Part shown: piece by piece, positions 40,656 through 50,542 of the stretch
How positions within the stretch are numbered: position 1 is the stretch's first letter
How the letters are laid out: every line of letters starts with the position of its first letter
Virus record (IMG/VR): IMGVR_UViG_3300042270_000679
Length of the DNA stretch: 64,000 nt
From: an uncultured virus (IMG/VR IMGVR_UViG_3300042270_000679)
Lineage: Duplodnaviria; Heunggongvirae; Uroviricota; Caudoviricetes
Reading direction: 5' to 3' (one strand)
Notes under the pieces: model-generated
Told to the model about the DNA's origin: nothing
What the model saw: the letters and a program-made list of their open reading frames with translations, nothing else
Database searches by the model: none
Program-made: the position numbers and the translations under genes

Positions 40656-43600
40656 CGTATTCTGCCTGCCTTTCAGTTATTTCGAAGACTGCAGCGGTCT
40701 CCGCCGTTGCTTCATCTTCGTCATAACCATATATCAATAAATTTTCATAAATAGCAAGCCTTATATTTTGTTGTTTCTGGAAATTCCTTTTCCAATCAGG
40801 ACGTAATGCAGAAAGGATAGCACTGTCCAAATTTACAGCCAGATTTTCGTTCTTCGCAAAATAATCATAAAAGGCTCTTCTAGCCTCGCTATTCTTCACA
40901 GTATCAGGATAATCCAAGCTATCTTCTGGGTGTAAAATTGCTTGTGCCAACTCAACAACTTGTCGTAAATATTCCTCGTAACTCATAGCCTCTATTCGTC
41001 TCTGGTCGATTAGTACTTGGAGCATTTCTGATAACTTACCATAATAAACTTGGTTAGATGACATCTTCTTTACAATTTCATGCTGCAAGTTATTTTCGAT
41101 GATTTCTGCTTTAGCATTTTCATTACCTGGAAGACCTTGTACCAGGGCCTCTATTGGTGTTGTTGAAGTGTTTTCAAGTAACAATTCCACCAACGACATA
41201 TTCCCGAGTTCACTTACAACTGTAGAATCTTCTGCACGTATATAAGTATCAAGGACATATCGCATATCAGCCTCATATGGTTTTAAATCGATATAATCAC
41301 AGCTTGCTAGTTTTACCATTTCTTTTATTTTGTTATAGCCTGAAATATCACTCCTCAGCCTGCTAACTTGCCCCTCTGAATAGCCATAATCACTCACAAG
41401 TTTATCACTGCAGTTAGCAAAAGAGCGTGTTAGCGAGGCTGTAAGAGTATATAAAATATCTCTGCGACCAGTGTTTTCATCATCTTCACTGTTTTCACCA
41501 CAAAAATACTCAATATAATCCGTATCGTCTTTAGGATCGCTTACATTTTCTAATAGATCTTTCAGCGATGCAATTGCACCCACCATCTCAGATTTAGCTT
41601 CGTCATAGCGATTCTTTATAAGTCCCTCAACATCTTCCTTATCAAAGCTATCGAAAGCTTCAGCAGTATAATCAGCCACTGCAAGCTGAACATTACGAAA
41701 CAAGTCCATGTAATCTACGATATAGCCATAGTCCTTATCTTCGCCATCTGGTCTATTAACTCGGCAGATAGCCTGGAAAAGGTCATGATCCCTCATAGAT
41801 TTATCAATATATAGATATGTCGCTGTTGGAGCATCAAATCCTGTTAAAAGTTTATCTACCACGATAAGAAGTTTCATCTTAGCAGGTTCTTTTTTGAACT
41901 GCTCTTTTACTTCCTTCTCAAATTCAGACAATTTTTTGCCCTTAAGCATACGCTCATAAATAGACTTCTTATATTCTTCTTCGCCCTCTTGACTTAAATC
42001 ACTCGTAGCTGTCCTAACACTCGCGGTTGAAGGCTCAAAGGAAGTTACAACAGCACACTTGTTAAAGCCGTTGCTAGTAAAAATATCCCAGTATCTGCAA
42101 GCCTCATATATACTGTTGGCCACAAGCATGGCAGTACCACGCTCATTTTTTAGACGAGGTTTTAAGTTCATATCGAAAATGATATCGCTAGCTATTTTCT
42201 CAAGTCTTTGTTTTGAACTATATAATTTGTTGATTGAAGTCCAACTTTGTTTCAGCTGTATCTTTGCTCTATCTGTAAGACCTAAGGTTTTATTGTCAAA
42301 CCATAAATCAACCTTATCTTTACTAGATAAGTCTTGGTCAACATCTCTTGCTTCATAACGTAAATCAAGAACAACACCATCTTGAACACCCTCATCAAAT
42401 TTATAAGTATGGATGTAAGGTCCAAAAGTCTCAAGACTGGTTGCTTTATCTTTTTTGAGTAGGGGAGTACCCGTAAAACCAATAAGTAACGCTTCAGGCA
42501 TCAGTACTTTAACAGCCTCATGCAATTTTCCCGAGTTAGTACGATGGCACTCGTCAATAAAAGCTATAATATTTCCTTTTGCTTTAAAGTCTGCTGGGAG
42601 GTCTTTTAGCAATTCTTTACGATATTGATCGACATCAGATTGTTTACCTGCATTGTGTCCGTATTTATGAATCAAAGAGCAGATAATAGAATCATCGTTT
42701 TTATTCAGAATCTCTCTTAAATCAGCACTACTTTTTGTTCTTCGTACTTTTTCATTTACATCAATGAACAGGCTTTCAATTTGGTCATCAAGCTCATCTC
42801 GGTCGGTGATGATTACCACTCGGCTATCTGCTACGTTCTCAATAACCCACTTAGTAAGCCATACCATAATTAAGGACTTGCCTGAACCTTGTGTGTTCCA
42901 GATTATACCGCCTTCGCCTGCAAGAATTTTTTTCCTAGCAGCAATATTAGCAAAATATTGATTATGTCTTGCAATCTTTTTCACTCCAGCATCAAAAATA
43001 ATAAAGTCGTGGATTAGTGAAAGAAACCTCTCTTTATGACAAAGAGAAATTACACCATCTCTCAGCTTATTTCTGTCTCTAGATTGAATACCTTTAATAG
43101 TCACAGAAAGTTCGTCCGTAGCTTTAATATCTTCCTTCCAGTTCAGGTAATACTTCTCAGGAGTTTCGATTGTTCCATACTTCAGCCCTTCAGCTTCATT
43201 ACCGGCAAAGAGAAATTGCGTAGTACTAAAGAAGTTCTGAATATACTCTTTTTTTTGGTTTGTGAGATTCTGACGAATTCCCTCACCTATACTCACACAT
43301 GAACGCTTTAGCTCAAATATGCCAAGAGCGATGCCGTTTATATACAGCACCACATCAGGTCGTTTTCTTTCTATTTGATTAAAGCAGAGAACACTTACTT
43401 CCTCAGCAGCATAAAAATCATTGTTCTCGACATTGTTCCAGTCGATATAATGAACTGTTTGACGATTTTTATTCTCGTCTTTAACACCTTGCTTGCCATA
43501 GCGAAGTAAGGAATAGACTTCTTTATTGATTTGGTAAAGGCTATCCACTTGATTGCTCGCTTTTGAAACAAGCTCAGTTACAGCTTTGGAAATCTGATCT

Positions 43601-43773
43601 TTCGTATAACCACGTTTTTCAAGATTCTTTTTCAGCAAATCTTCTCTGATAGGTTTGTTATTCTGATCCTCCAGATTTCCGAGATACGTATAACCTAGAC
43701 CACCGTCTTCCTCTTTATCTATTAACCAGTGAAGGACCTTGTTTTGCAATTTTCTTTCTAAATCAACAGACAT
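40648..43773 (-). CDS. hsdR: Type I restriction endonuclease subunit R
   Basis: PD..LYING....ELK, QGSGKS, DECHR, FTGTP, LLTGFDAP, QAICRVNR. Confidence 0.96.
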   Translation of the reverse strand: MSVDLERKLQNKVLHWLIDKEEDGGLGYTYLGNLEDQNNKPIREDLLKKNLEKRGYTKDQISKAVTELVSKASNQVDSLYQINKEVYSLLRYGKQGVKDENKNRQTVHYIDWNNVENNDFYAAEEVSVLCFNQIERKRPDVVLYINGIALGIFELKRSCVSIGEGIRQNLTNQKKEYIQNFFSTTQFLFAGNEAEGLKYGTIETPEKYYLNWKEDIKATDELSVTIKGIQSRDRNKLRDGVISLCHKERFLSLIHDFIIFDAGVKKIARHNQYFANIAARKKILAGEGGIIWNTQGSGKSLIMVWLTKWVIENVADSRVVIITDRDELDDQIESLFIDVNEKVRRTKSSADLREILNKNDDSIICSLIHKYGHNAGKQSDVDQYRKELLKDLPADFKAKGNIIAFIDECHRTNSGKLHEAVKVLMPEALLIGFTGTPLLKKDKATSLETFGPYIHTYKFDEGVQDGVVLDLRYEARDVDQDLSSKDKVDLWFDNKTLGLTDRAKIQLKQSWTSINKLYSSKQRLEKIASDIIFDMNLKPRLKNERGTAMLVANSIYEACRYWDIFTSNGFNKCAVVTSFEPSTASVRTATSDLSQEGEEEYKKSIYERMLKGKKLSEFEKEVKEQFKKEPAKMKLLIVVDKLLTGFDAPTATYLYIDKSMRDHDLFQAICRVNRPDGEDKDYGYIVDYMDLFRNVQLAVADYTAEAFDSFDKEDVEGLIKNRYDEAKSEMVGAIASLKDLLENVSDPKDDTDYIEYFCGENSEDDENTGRRDILYTLTASLTRSFANCSDKLVSDYGYSEGQVSRLRSDISGYNKIKEMVKLASCDYIDLKPYEADMRYVLDTYIRAEDSTVVSELGNMSLVELLLENTSTTPIEALVQGLPGNENAKAEIIENNLQHEIVKKMSSNQVYYGKLSEMLQVLIDQRRIEAMSYEEYLRQVVELAQAILHPEDSLDYPDTVKNSEARRAFYDYFAKNENLAVNLDSAILSALRPDWKRNFQKQQNIRLAIYENLLIYGYDEDEATAETAAVFEITERQAEYDV

Positions 43774-43786
43774 AGCCTTTACCTCC

Positions 43787-45007
43787 TCATATTTTAAGGC
43801 GCACACGGCCTGTTAAGAGGTCGTCCATTGCACCTTCTTTAATTTGTACCATTTTTTCTTTTTCTATTTTGAGAGATTCTATTTCTTCGTCCATTGCTGT
43901 CAGACCCTCGGCAATTGCATGTTGTTCTTTTATTTCTCTCGGAAGTCGTATATTTATATTTTTTATTAAAGTTTTATTCAATCCACCACGTCCACCGTCA
44001 CCTGATGAAAGTTCTCTTAATTCAAGATACATATTTTCAATTAGATAATATAAGAACTTGGAGTCCGTTTCATCTGCTGCAACTAATGCAGCTAAAGATT
44101 GGTTTAATGCCATTGGATACGCTAGAAATGCTGCTGTGCCCCTGGTCTTTCCTTGTCCTGCTAGTGCGATTAATACCGAATCTTTTGGTGCCATTTTAGC
44201 TGAGGAATTGTTCAAGCCAATATTTGTGATATTTTTGGTTGCTCTAGTAATTATTTTTTGATGTATTTCTGTAGAAGCAAGCCACGGAATTGACCCACCC
44301 CAGTATTTGTCTACCGTAGTAGAAGGAGTACCCCCTGTAATGATTTCTTTTGTAGAATCTTCAATTGTTGATTCGATCCACTCACCATTAAACCCATCAA
44401 GTCTTGTCCTACCACTGACTAAGTCCTCTAAAGCCCCGTCACGGATTGCTGTTTTCTTTTCAATTAGTTCGGTGAGATTGTCGATATGCTCGTCAAAATC
44501 CGATAATGCTGAAGCGATAGCTTGTTGTTCTTGGAGAGATGGTAAATAGATTGGAATACTCATTACTGCAGGTGGGTTAATATAAACCTGTGTATTGCCT
44601 TGTATATGAGGTTTGAGTCTATCCCTAAATATACCTGAATTTATTAGATGATAAAGAAACAAAGGAGCAACTTTATTTTTCTCAGGTACAATTCTTAATG
44701 ACCGTTGATTAAAAATGTATTTATCATTTTCGTCAATAAATAAAACTTTGCCCACGAGTCTACCGTTGCCTTTGTCATTAAGCACCATACTCAAATCATC
44801 TTTAAATAGCAAGAAACTTTGTGTCTTTTGATTTAGATTAATTCTGTTTCCATCGTCAATATATTTACCTTCCTCAGAATAATTTCCAAGCGAAATAACT
44901 CGCCTATTTCCATGGATTGAAAAGTATTCTTCGAGGGCTGTTCCGTTTACATATTTGCAAACATCGCCAAGTCTATTTTCATACCAATTTACAGGATAAG
45001 TTACCAT
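43787..45007 (-). CDS. hsdS: Type I specificity subunit S
   Basis: Two TRDs, each followed by P...EQ.AIA..L helices; LLTGRVR end. Confidence 0.93.
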   Translation of the reverse strand: MVTYPVNWYENRLGDVCKYVNGTALEEYFSIHGNRRVISLGNYSEEGKYIDDGNRINLNQKTQSFLLFKDDLSMVLNDKGNGRLVGKVLFIDENDKYIFNQRSLRIVPEKNKVAPLFLYHLINSGIFRDRLKPHIQGNTQVYINPPAVMSIPIYLPSLQEQQAIASALSDFDEHIDNLTELIEKKTAIRDGALEDLVSGRTRLDGFNGEWIESTIEDSTKEIITGGTPSTTVDKYWGGSIPWLASTEIHQKIITRATKNITNIGLNNSSAKMAPKDSVLIALAGQGKTRGTAAFLAYPMALNQSLAALVAADETDSKFLYYLIENMYLELRELSSGDGGRGGLNKTLIKNINIRLPREIKEQHAIAEGLTAMDEEIESLKIEKEKMVQIKEGAMDDLLTGRVRLKI

Positions 45008-47691
45008 GTGTATCCCATCCTTTCTAAAGCGGACTTCACCTTGGCTTTTGACTGAGCTGTCTTCTCTTCAATTTCACCTAAAGTGTGCTCATAGCGCTTA
45101 GCAATTAAGACAACTTTTGAGGCAAGATTATTCAACACTTGATCAATCGCATCAATAATGTCGCTTTCAAGCCTTGCCATCCACTTTTTATCAAAGAGTA
45201 AATACTTTACTTCATCAATTGTTAGTTCTCCATATTTAGCAAGTACTAAATCATCCAGCTCTTTTTGAGCTTCTTTAATCGCTTTATCAGCTTCTTCTTT
45301 TTCAGTTAACTTAGCTTGGTAAGAAAGAAGAGCATTATATTCTTCAACATATGTTTCAGGCATTATTGCATTGTCATTTGCTTCTTTTAATGCATTTTTA
45401 AGCTTAGCTTTTCCGAATGAACCGTTCTTATTTCTAAGCTCATATGTCTTCAGCTTACTATTGGCTTTGACGATTTTCTCCATCTCTGAAGTACTTCCTG
45501 CATCAAATAATTCAATAAGTTTCGTAATGTCATCTATCACTTCAGAAGTCTTTTTACTTTCAAGTTCTTTTATCTGTTTATTCAGATTTGCTTTAGGTAT
45601 TCCGTCCCCTTTTTCATTCAGAGCATTTATAAGTAAGCCCTCGTCACCTGATTCTTCTTCTCTCATTTCATCCAGTTCAGATTCAAGCAATGCAGATTTT
45701 TCGATTAGCTCATTAAGAGCCATTAACTCAGTTTCAAAATACTCCTGTTCAATAATGTCTCTCGAAATTAAAGCACCTTCAAACGACTTCATTTTTGAAG
45801 TATCATCGACCTTTATTTCTTCTCCATTTTCATCTTTAGCTTTCTTTTGAGCGTATACATATTCAATCTCACGTCCCGCATCATATCCACTCGCTTTTAT
45901 TACATATACATCATCTTGCATTTTCTCATTCCAATAGTTAAGCAAGAAGTCGTACACATCGTAATTGTCTAGAAGTTTTGCCGATTCAAAATCTCTCAAA
46001 ATTTCAATACCCAAGCTTCGAATTAATTCTTTTGGATTTGTATCTGTATTAATATTGAGTAATGAATCTTTTACTTTATTTTTCCACGTCTCGAATAGAG
46101 AACCGTATTCAGTCTCCTTTTCAACCTTTATATTTTCATCTTCAGAAATGACTGTTTCAATTTCATTTGGTTTTATAGCAAGATTATAGACATTATGTTT
46201 TTCATCAACACAAGTGAATATCTCTTGTCTTAACTGTGGCGATATTTTCCAGAGTCTCTCTAAAGAGTTAATATCGACTTCTGGAATACCACCCTTAAGA
46301 TGAGATGCAATGTTTTGAGGTAATGTATCATCTATTTTTTGGATATAACGAGGCACATTAAGGTTTCCTTCGTTCTCTTCTAAAATCTCCTTATAGGTAA
46401 TAAAGCGGGAGTACCCCTCAACCTTTTCTTGGTGAATAAAGGTTTGCACAATTTTCTCAATATCCTGTTCACGAAGACGGTTCTTATTTCCATCTTTCTT
46501 AAACCCATCGCTCGCATCAATCATAAAGATACCCTCACGTTTATCAGCGTTTTCTTTATCGATTATGATGATACTAGCTGGGATTCCTGTACCATAAAAT
46601 AAGTTTGCTGGCAGACCAACAATCCCCTTAATGTATCGCTTCTCAAGAACAGCTTTTCTAATGGTTTCTTCTGAGTTTCCTCTAAAGAGAACACCGTGTG
46701 GCAGAATAATCCCTGCCTTACCATTGCTATCCAATGCTTTTAGAACATGTAGAAACCAAGCATAATCACCATTCTTTTCTGGTGGAATGCCATAACCATC
46801 AAACCGCTTATATTTATCTTCAGATGGTTTAATTCCATCAGTCCAGTCCTTATCAGAAAATGGTGGATTCATGACAATAAAATCGAATTTTCTAAGTCCA
46901 CCAAAATCATCAGTATATTGTGGATTGGCTAATGTATTTCCACTTTTAATTTCACCTGTACCTTTGTTATGTAAGATGAAGTTCATCTTTGCTAAACCAG
47001 CAGTATCAGGATATTTTTCTTGTCCAAATATTGTAACTATGGAATCGCCATTATCATCAGTTGGTGCTTCATCTGCTGAACGAATAAGTAATGATCCACT
47101 CCCCGCCGCAGGATCATGGAGAGTCCATTTCTTTCCTGTCTCTTGTTTAATATTGCCAATACCAATAAGTCTAGCAATAATACGTGACACCTCACTAGGT
47201 GTATAAAACTGTCCCTTACTCTTACCAGACTCCTGAGCGAATTTCATCATGAAGTATTCATATGCATCCCCAATGATGTCATCTCCACTGGCTCTGTTGC
47301 TTTTAAAGTCAATAGCTGGGTTTTGGAATATAGCAATTAGACCAGAGACTTTATCTACGAGCTCCTTACCAGAACCTAGTTCATCCGGATTATTAAAGCT
47401 AACATCAGGAAGCGCTCCCACTAGCTTATTATCTTCTAGAAACTTTTGAAGAATTACATCAACTCTTTCACCAACATCTGGTTTACCTTTTGCAGCAATC
47501 AAGTCGTCAAATGAGGCACCTTCATTTACTGTAAATTCAGCAAAACGTTGCCCTTTATATCTGTCTGATACATACTTGAAGAATAACAATACAAGTACAT
47601 AATCTTTATACCTTGAAGGTTCTACTCCACCTCTTAATTTATTACAAGCCTCCCATAATAGGGAATACAATTCTGATTTTTTCACAGCCAT
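45001..47691 (-). CDS. hsdM: Type I m6A methyltransferase subunit M with long C-terminal extension
   Basis: GQFYTP, DPAAGSG, NPPF, LPHGVLFRG. Confidence 0.96.
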   Translation of the reverse strand: MAVKKSELYSLLWEACNKLRGGVEPSRYKDYVLVLLFFKYVSDRYKGQRFAEFTVNEGASFDDLIAAKGKPDVGERVDVILQKFLEDNKLVGALPDVSFNNPDELGSGKELVDKVSGLIAIFQNPAIDFKSNRASGDDIIGDAYEYFMMKFAQESGKSKGQFYTPSEVSRIIARLIGIGNIKQETGKKWTLHDPAAGSGSLLIRSADEAPTDDNGDSIVTIFGQEKYPDTAGLAKMNFILHNKGTGEIKSGNTLANPQYTDDFGGLRKFDFIVMNPPFSDKDWTDGIKPSEDKYKRFDGYGIPPEKNGDYAWFLHVLKALDSNGKAGIILPHGVLFRGNSEETIRKAVLEKRYIKGIVGLPANLFYGTGIPASIIIIDKENADKREGIFMIDASDGFKKDGNKNRLREQDIEKIVQTFIHQEKVEGYSRFITYKEILEENEGNLNVPRYIQKIDDTLPQNIASHLKGGIPEVDINSLERLWKISPQLRQEIFTCVDEKHNVYNLAIKPNEIETVISEDENIKVEKETEYGSLFETWKNKVKDSLLNINTDTNPKELIRSLGIEILRDFESAKLLDNYDVYDFLLNYWNEKMQDDVYVIKASGYDAGREIEYVYAQKKAKDENGEEIKVDDTSKMKSFEGALISRDIIEQEYFETELMALNELIEKSALLESELDEMREEESGDEGLLINALNEKGDGIPKANLNKQIKELESKKTSEVIDDITKLIELFDAGSTSEMEKIVKANSKLKTYELRNKNGSFGKAKLKNALKEANDNAIMPETYVEEYNALLSYQAKLTEKEEADKAIKEAQKELDDLVLAKYGELTIDEVKYLLFDKKWMARLESDIIDAIDQVLNNLASKVVLIAKRYEHTLGEIEEKTAQSKAKVKSALERMGYTW

Positions 47692-47728
47692 TCATTTAAC
47701 CTCTCTCATCTATTTAAGTGTTTTATAT

Positions 47729-47941
47729 TTAGTATTCAGTAATATCTATACCTGCTTTTAATAATCTTTCATATCTCTCGTGGGAGATAAGAACTGCTAC
47801 AGGTTTTCCATTTTTCAAAACAAAAGCTGTTTTATCTTCATCTGATAAACCAGTAATTAATTTTGATGATTGTCCTCTAAGAAAATCTGACATGTTATAG
47901 AATTCCATCGGTTCCTTTTGGACTTTATCTTCCTTATCCAT
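47729..47941 (-). CDS. Orphan Phd/YefM-like DNA-binding protein
   Basis: NMSDF...SKLI......AFVLKNGKPVAVLIS.ERYE. Confidence 0.8.
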   Translation of the reverse strand: MDKEDKVQKEPMEFYNMSDFLRGQSSKLITGLSDEDKTAFVLKNGKPVAVLISHERYERLLKAGIDITEY

Positions 47942-47964
47942 ACCTAAATCCACCTTTTCTTTTT

Positions 47965-47993
47965 ATCATAACATTTTACTACTCTTATTTCAA
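47965..47993 (-). promoter_or_regulatory. Sigma-A promoter of the Phd-hsd operon
   Basis: TTGAAA-N17-TATGAT with extended -10 TG. Confidence 0.7.
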
Positions 47994-48260
47994 CCTTTAT
48001 ATGTACTTGAAAAGTAATTACTTTATAAGTGCATTTCAATCTTGTTTCTCTATTCAAGCCAATAGCCATCTTGTCAACTCACCACATTTTTGCCAGCAAT
48101 CTTTTCAACTCACCAAGCCTATATTCAAATTCGTAAATCCGGTGAGTAATCCACCACTCTTGGATATCTTCCCACAAAGCAAAAATCCGTGATTATCCTT
48201 CCGGCTTAGAACCAGACCTCAAACCACGGAAAGCCTTTATTTACTTGCTTTTTTACACTC

Positions 48261-48305
48261 TTATTTATTAACCCTTGACATCAATACAACCGTCTCAACA
48301 TGGGT
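48261..48305 (-). pseudogene. rlmD: 3'-terminal fragment of 23S rRNA methyltransferase RlmD/RumA (element-borne replacement end)
   Basis: Translates THVETVVLMSRVNK*, the conserved RumA C-terminus; DMFPQT codons lie just upstream. Confidence 0.75.
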
Positions 48306-48481
48306 GGAGTTTGGACAACTGATGTCAGTTGGCAGATTTCAACGCTTACGTTTGCGGGAACATGTCCAAGCTTGTAGGTTGAGACGTGGGAACTGATATT
48401 ATTCCATAATGTGGATGGGTGAAGTTCAGAAAACTAATGTCAGACGCCCGAGCTGAACCCTTACGTTTGCGGGGACATGTC
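48300..48481. repeat. Two 67-nt direct repeats of att-like sites (48300-48366, 48415-48481)
   Basis: 29-nt block (24/29 identical), 16-nt divergent spacer, 22-nt block (21/22) encoding DM(F/S)PQT*. Confidence 0.8.
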
Positions 48482-48631
48482 AACCGGTTCTTAGAGTTAT
48501 AGCCTCCAAGTCGGAGCATTTTACTGCTTCAACCTAGCGTCCACTTACGTTTCAAACTTTTACATGTTTTCATTTATTTGATCATATATTTTCTATTCCT
48601 ATCAGAAATGAATATTCCGCTACAGAAAATA

Positions 48632-49381
48632 TCAATCATTAGATTCTGCATCTTCTCTTGCATCTGCTGCATCCTCATTTGCATCTTTTGAAGCATCCGT
48701 TGTATCCTCTGCCGCATCCGTTATATCTTCCACATCATCACTTGCATCCGATTCCCAATCTAAAATTGCTCCTGTAACCGCATTAATTTCAAATTTATAG
48801 GTAATGCTATTTAAATACATTTCACCTTCATATTTAACTTTTCCGTCATCATACTCTAAATCTATTGTTCCGAAAATTGCTCCAGGGACTCTAAATAAAA
48901 GTATCTCTTTTACTTTCGCAATTCCAATATAAGTTGATGTATTAACAGTCCCATTGCCAACTGGTTTCACAGATACGACGTTACCATTGTTATTAATAGT
49001 TGTATCAACTGCTGCAGCGGACTTATTATTTTCCTGATCCCATTCAAGCATGGTGCCATCAACAGCATTAATAAGAAATTCATACTTCATATTTTCAAAA
49101 TATAATTCTCCATCATATTTCACTTTACCTTCATCATTCTCTAAATAAAATTCTGTAATATTCTCAATTGTAGCTCCTGGCACTTTTGCAAGGACAATTT
49201 CTTTTGCAGCTTCCTCCCCAATATATTCATTGGTGGTACCAATATTTTCAGTGGAATTGCTTGGAGAATTCTTTAGGTTGTTTTCAGCAAGCAGATCTGC
49301 AAAGGTACTAACACTTGCTACAATAAGACCCATAACGCAAACTGCGGCAATTACTACTATTATCGGCATTCTATTTTTCAT
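48632..49381 (-). CDS. Secreted PepSY-domain protein (two PepSY domains, acidic tail)
   Basis: Signal peptide; IG...AKEI.L..VPG...YEF.INAV.G twice. Confidence 0.88.
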   Translation of the reverse strand: MKNRMPIIVVIAAVCVMGLIVASVSTFADLLAENNLKNSPSNSTENIGTTNEYIGEEAAKEIVLAKVPGATIENITEFYLENDEGKVKYDGELYFENMKYEFLINAVDGTMLEWDQENNKSAAAVDTTINNNGNVVSVKPVGNGTVNTSTYIGIAKVKEILLFRVPGAIFGTIDLEYDDGKVKYEGEMYLNSITYKFEINAVTGAILDWESDASDDVEDITDAAEDTTDASKDANEDAADAREDAESND

Positions 49382-49459
49382 GTTGTACCTCCCCTCAAGA
49401 ATAGTTTACAATATTTTTTTTGTTTTTTATTATTTAATTATAATTAATTATAACTCTCA

Positions 49460-49480
49460 AACGTTAAAAAAACATTAAAT
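49460..49480. promoter_or_regulatory. Putative OmpR-type direct-repeat box
   Basis: AACGTTAAAA-A-AACATTAAAT, 11-nt period, matches 50510-50530. Confidence 0.5.
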
Positions 49481-49671
49481 GTTTTAAAACAATTTAAAGA
49501 ACGTTGTCTTATGGATATAATCCCTGTAAATATTGTATTTCTGCAAGAAACAAAAACGCCAGGTCGGAGCATTTCACTGCCTCAACCCGGCGGTCCAATA
49601 AATTTCTAGTCTCTACATATTCTGTAATTATTCATTCTATCAGAAATGGATTTCCCTATTATATAATAGTA

Positions 49672-50439
49672 TTAATCATCCGATCCTTCATCATCATCTT
49701 CTGAATCATCAGAAACATGATTTACATCTTTTGTGTCTTTTGCATTATCATCTTCGTCATCACAATCCGAATTATCATTAGAATCTGATTCCAAATCCAC
49801 AATCTCTCCTGTAACGGCATTCATTTCAAATTCATATTCAAGGTTATTTAAATACATTTTGCCTTCATATTTTACTTTACCATCATCATATTCTAAGTCA
49901 ATTTTTGCAATCGTTGCACCTGGCACTCTAAGTAAAAGGATTTCTTTTGCTTTCTCGATTCCAATATATGTTGATGTATCAGTTGACACTTTGTCATCTG
50001 GGTTAACCGATGTGGTGCCGCCTTTACCTGTTGCTGAAGAAGTAGCATCTATAGCTCCATGTGTAGTGGTCTTCTTGTTTTCCTGTTCCCATTCAGTTAT
50101 GGTACCATCAACAGCATTAATTTCAAATTCATATTTAACATTTTCGAAATATATTTTCCCATCATACTCTGCTTTACCACCATCATGCTCTAAATAAAAT
50201 TCTGTAATATTCTCAATTGCAGCCCCTGAGACTTTTGCAATGGCAATTTTTTTCGCGGCATCTTCACCTATATATTGATTAGTTGTAGCGATCTTATCAG
50301 AGGTTTTGTTTGAAACATCCTTTGTGTTTTTTTCTCCAACCGTATCAGCAAAGGAACTGGCGCTTGCTGCTATAAGACCTGTTACGCATACTGCGGCAAT
50401 TACTGCTATTACTGGTATTTTCTTTTTTAAATTTTTCAT
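49672..50439 (-). CDS. Secreted PepSY-domain protein, paralogue
   Basis: Same architecture and long identical stretches (IENITEFYLE, DLEYDDGKVKYEG). Confidence 0.88.
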   Translation of the reverse strand: MKNLKKKIPVIAVIAAVCVTGLIAASASSFADTVGEKNTKDVSNKTSDKIATTNQYIGEDAAKKIAIAKVSGAAIENITEFYLEHDGGKAEYDGKIYFENVKYEFEINAVDGTITEWEQENKKTTTHGAIDATSSATGKGGTTSVNPDDKVSTDTSTYIGIEKAKEILLLRVPGATIAKIDLEYDDGKVKYEGKMYLNNLEYEFEMNAVTGEIVDLESDSNDNSDCDDEDDNAKDTKDVNHVSDDSEDDDEGSDD

Positions 50440-50509
50440 TTTGCACTTCCCTTCTTTAAATGGTTCGTAATCAACCTACTTGTTGTTTACTATTCCATTC
50501 TAATTCGCA

Positions 50510-50530
50510 AACATTAAAGCAACATTAAAG
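50510..50530. promoter_or_regulatory. Putative OmpR-type direct-repeat box
   Basis: AACATTAAAG-C-AACATTAAAG perfect repeat. Confidence 0.55.
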
Positions 50531-50542
50531 GTTAAAAATGAT

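Larger units (their letters stand above)
1..48305 (-). mobile_element. Prophage 1 (HK97-fold siphovirus with serine-recombinase triplet), probably defective; distal end lies left of the window
   Basis: Complete co-oriented set of regulation, replication, packaging, head, tail, lysis and recombinase genes; starts at an rlmD-like 3' fragment at 48261-48305. Confidence 0.92.

Noticed and set aside
43787..45007. Phase-variable or invertible hsdS
   Set aside because: One hsdS only, with no silent TRDs, adjacent invertase or simple-sequence repeat
48300..48481. Mini CRISPR array
   Set aside because: Only two units, 16-nt variable part, repeats translate to the RumA motif, and no cas operon; DUF2800 is a replication nuclease
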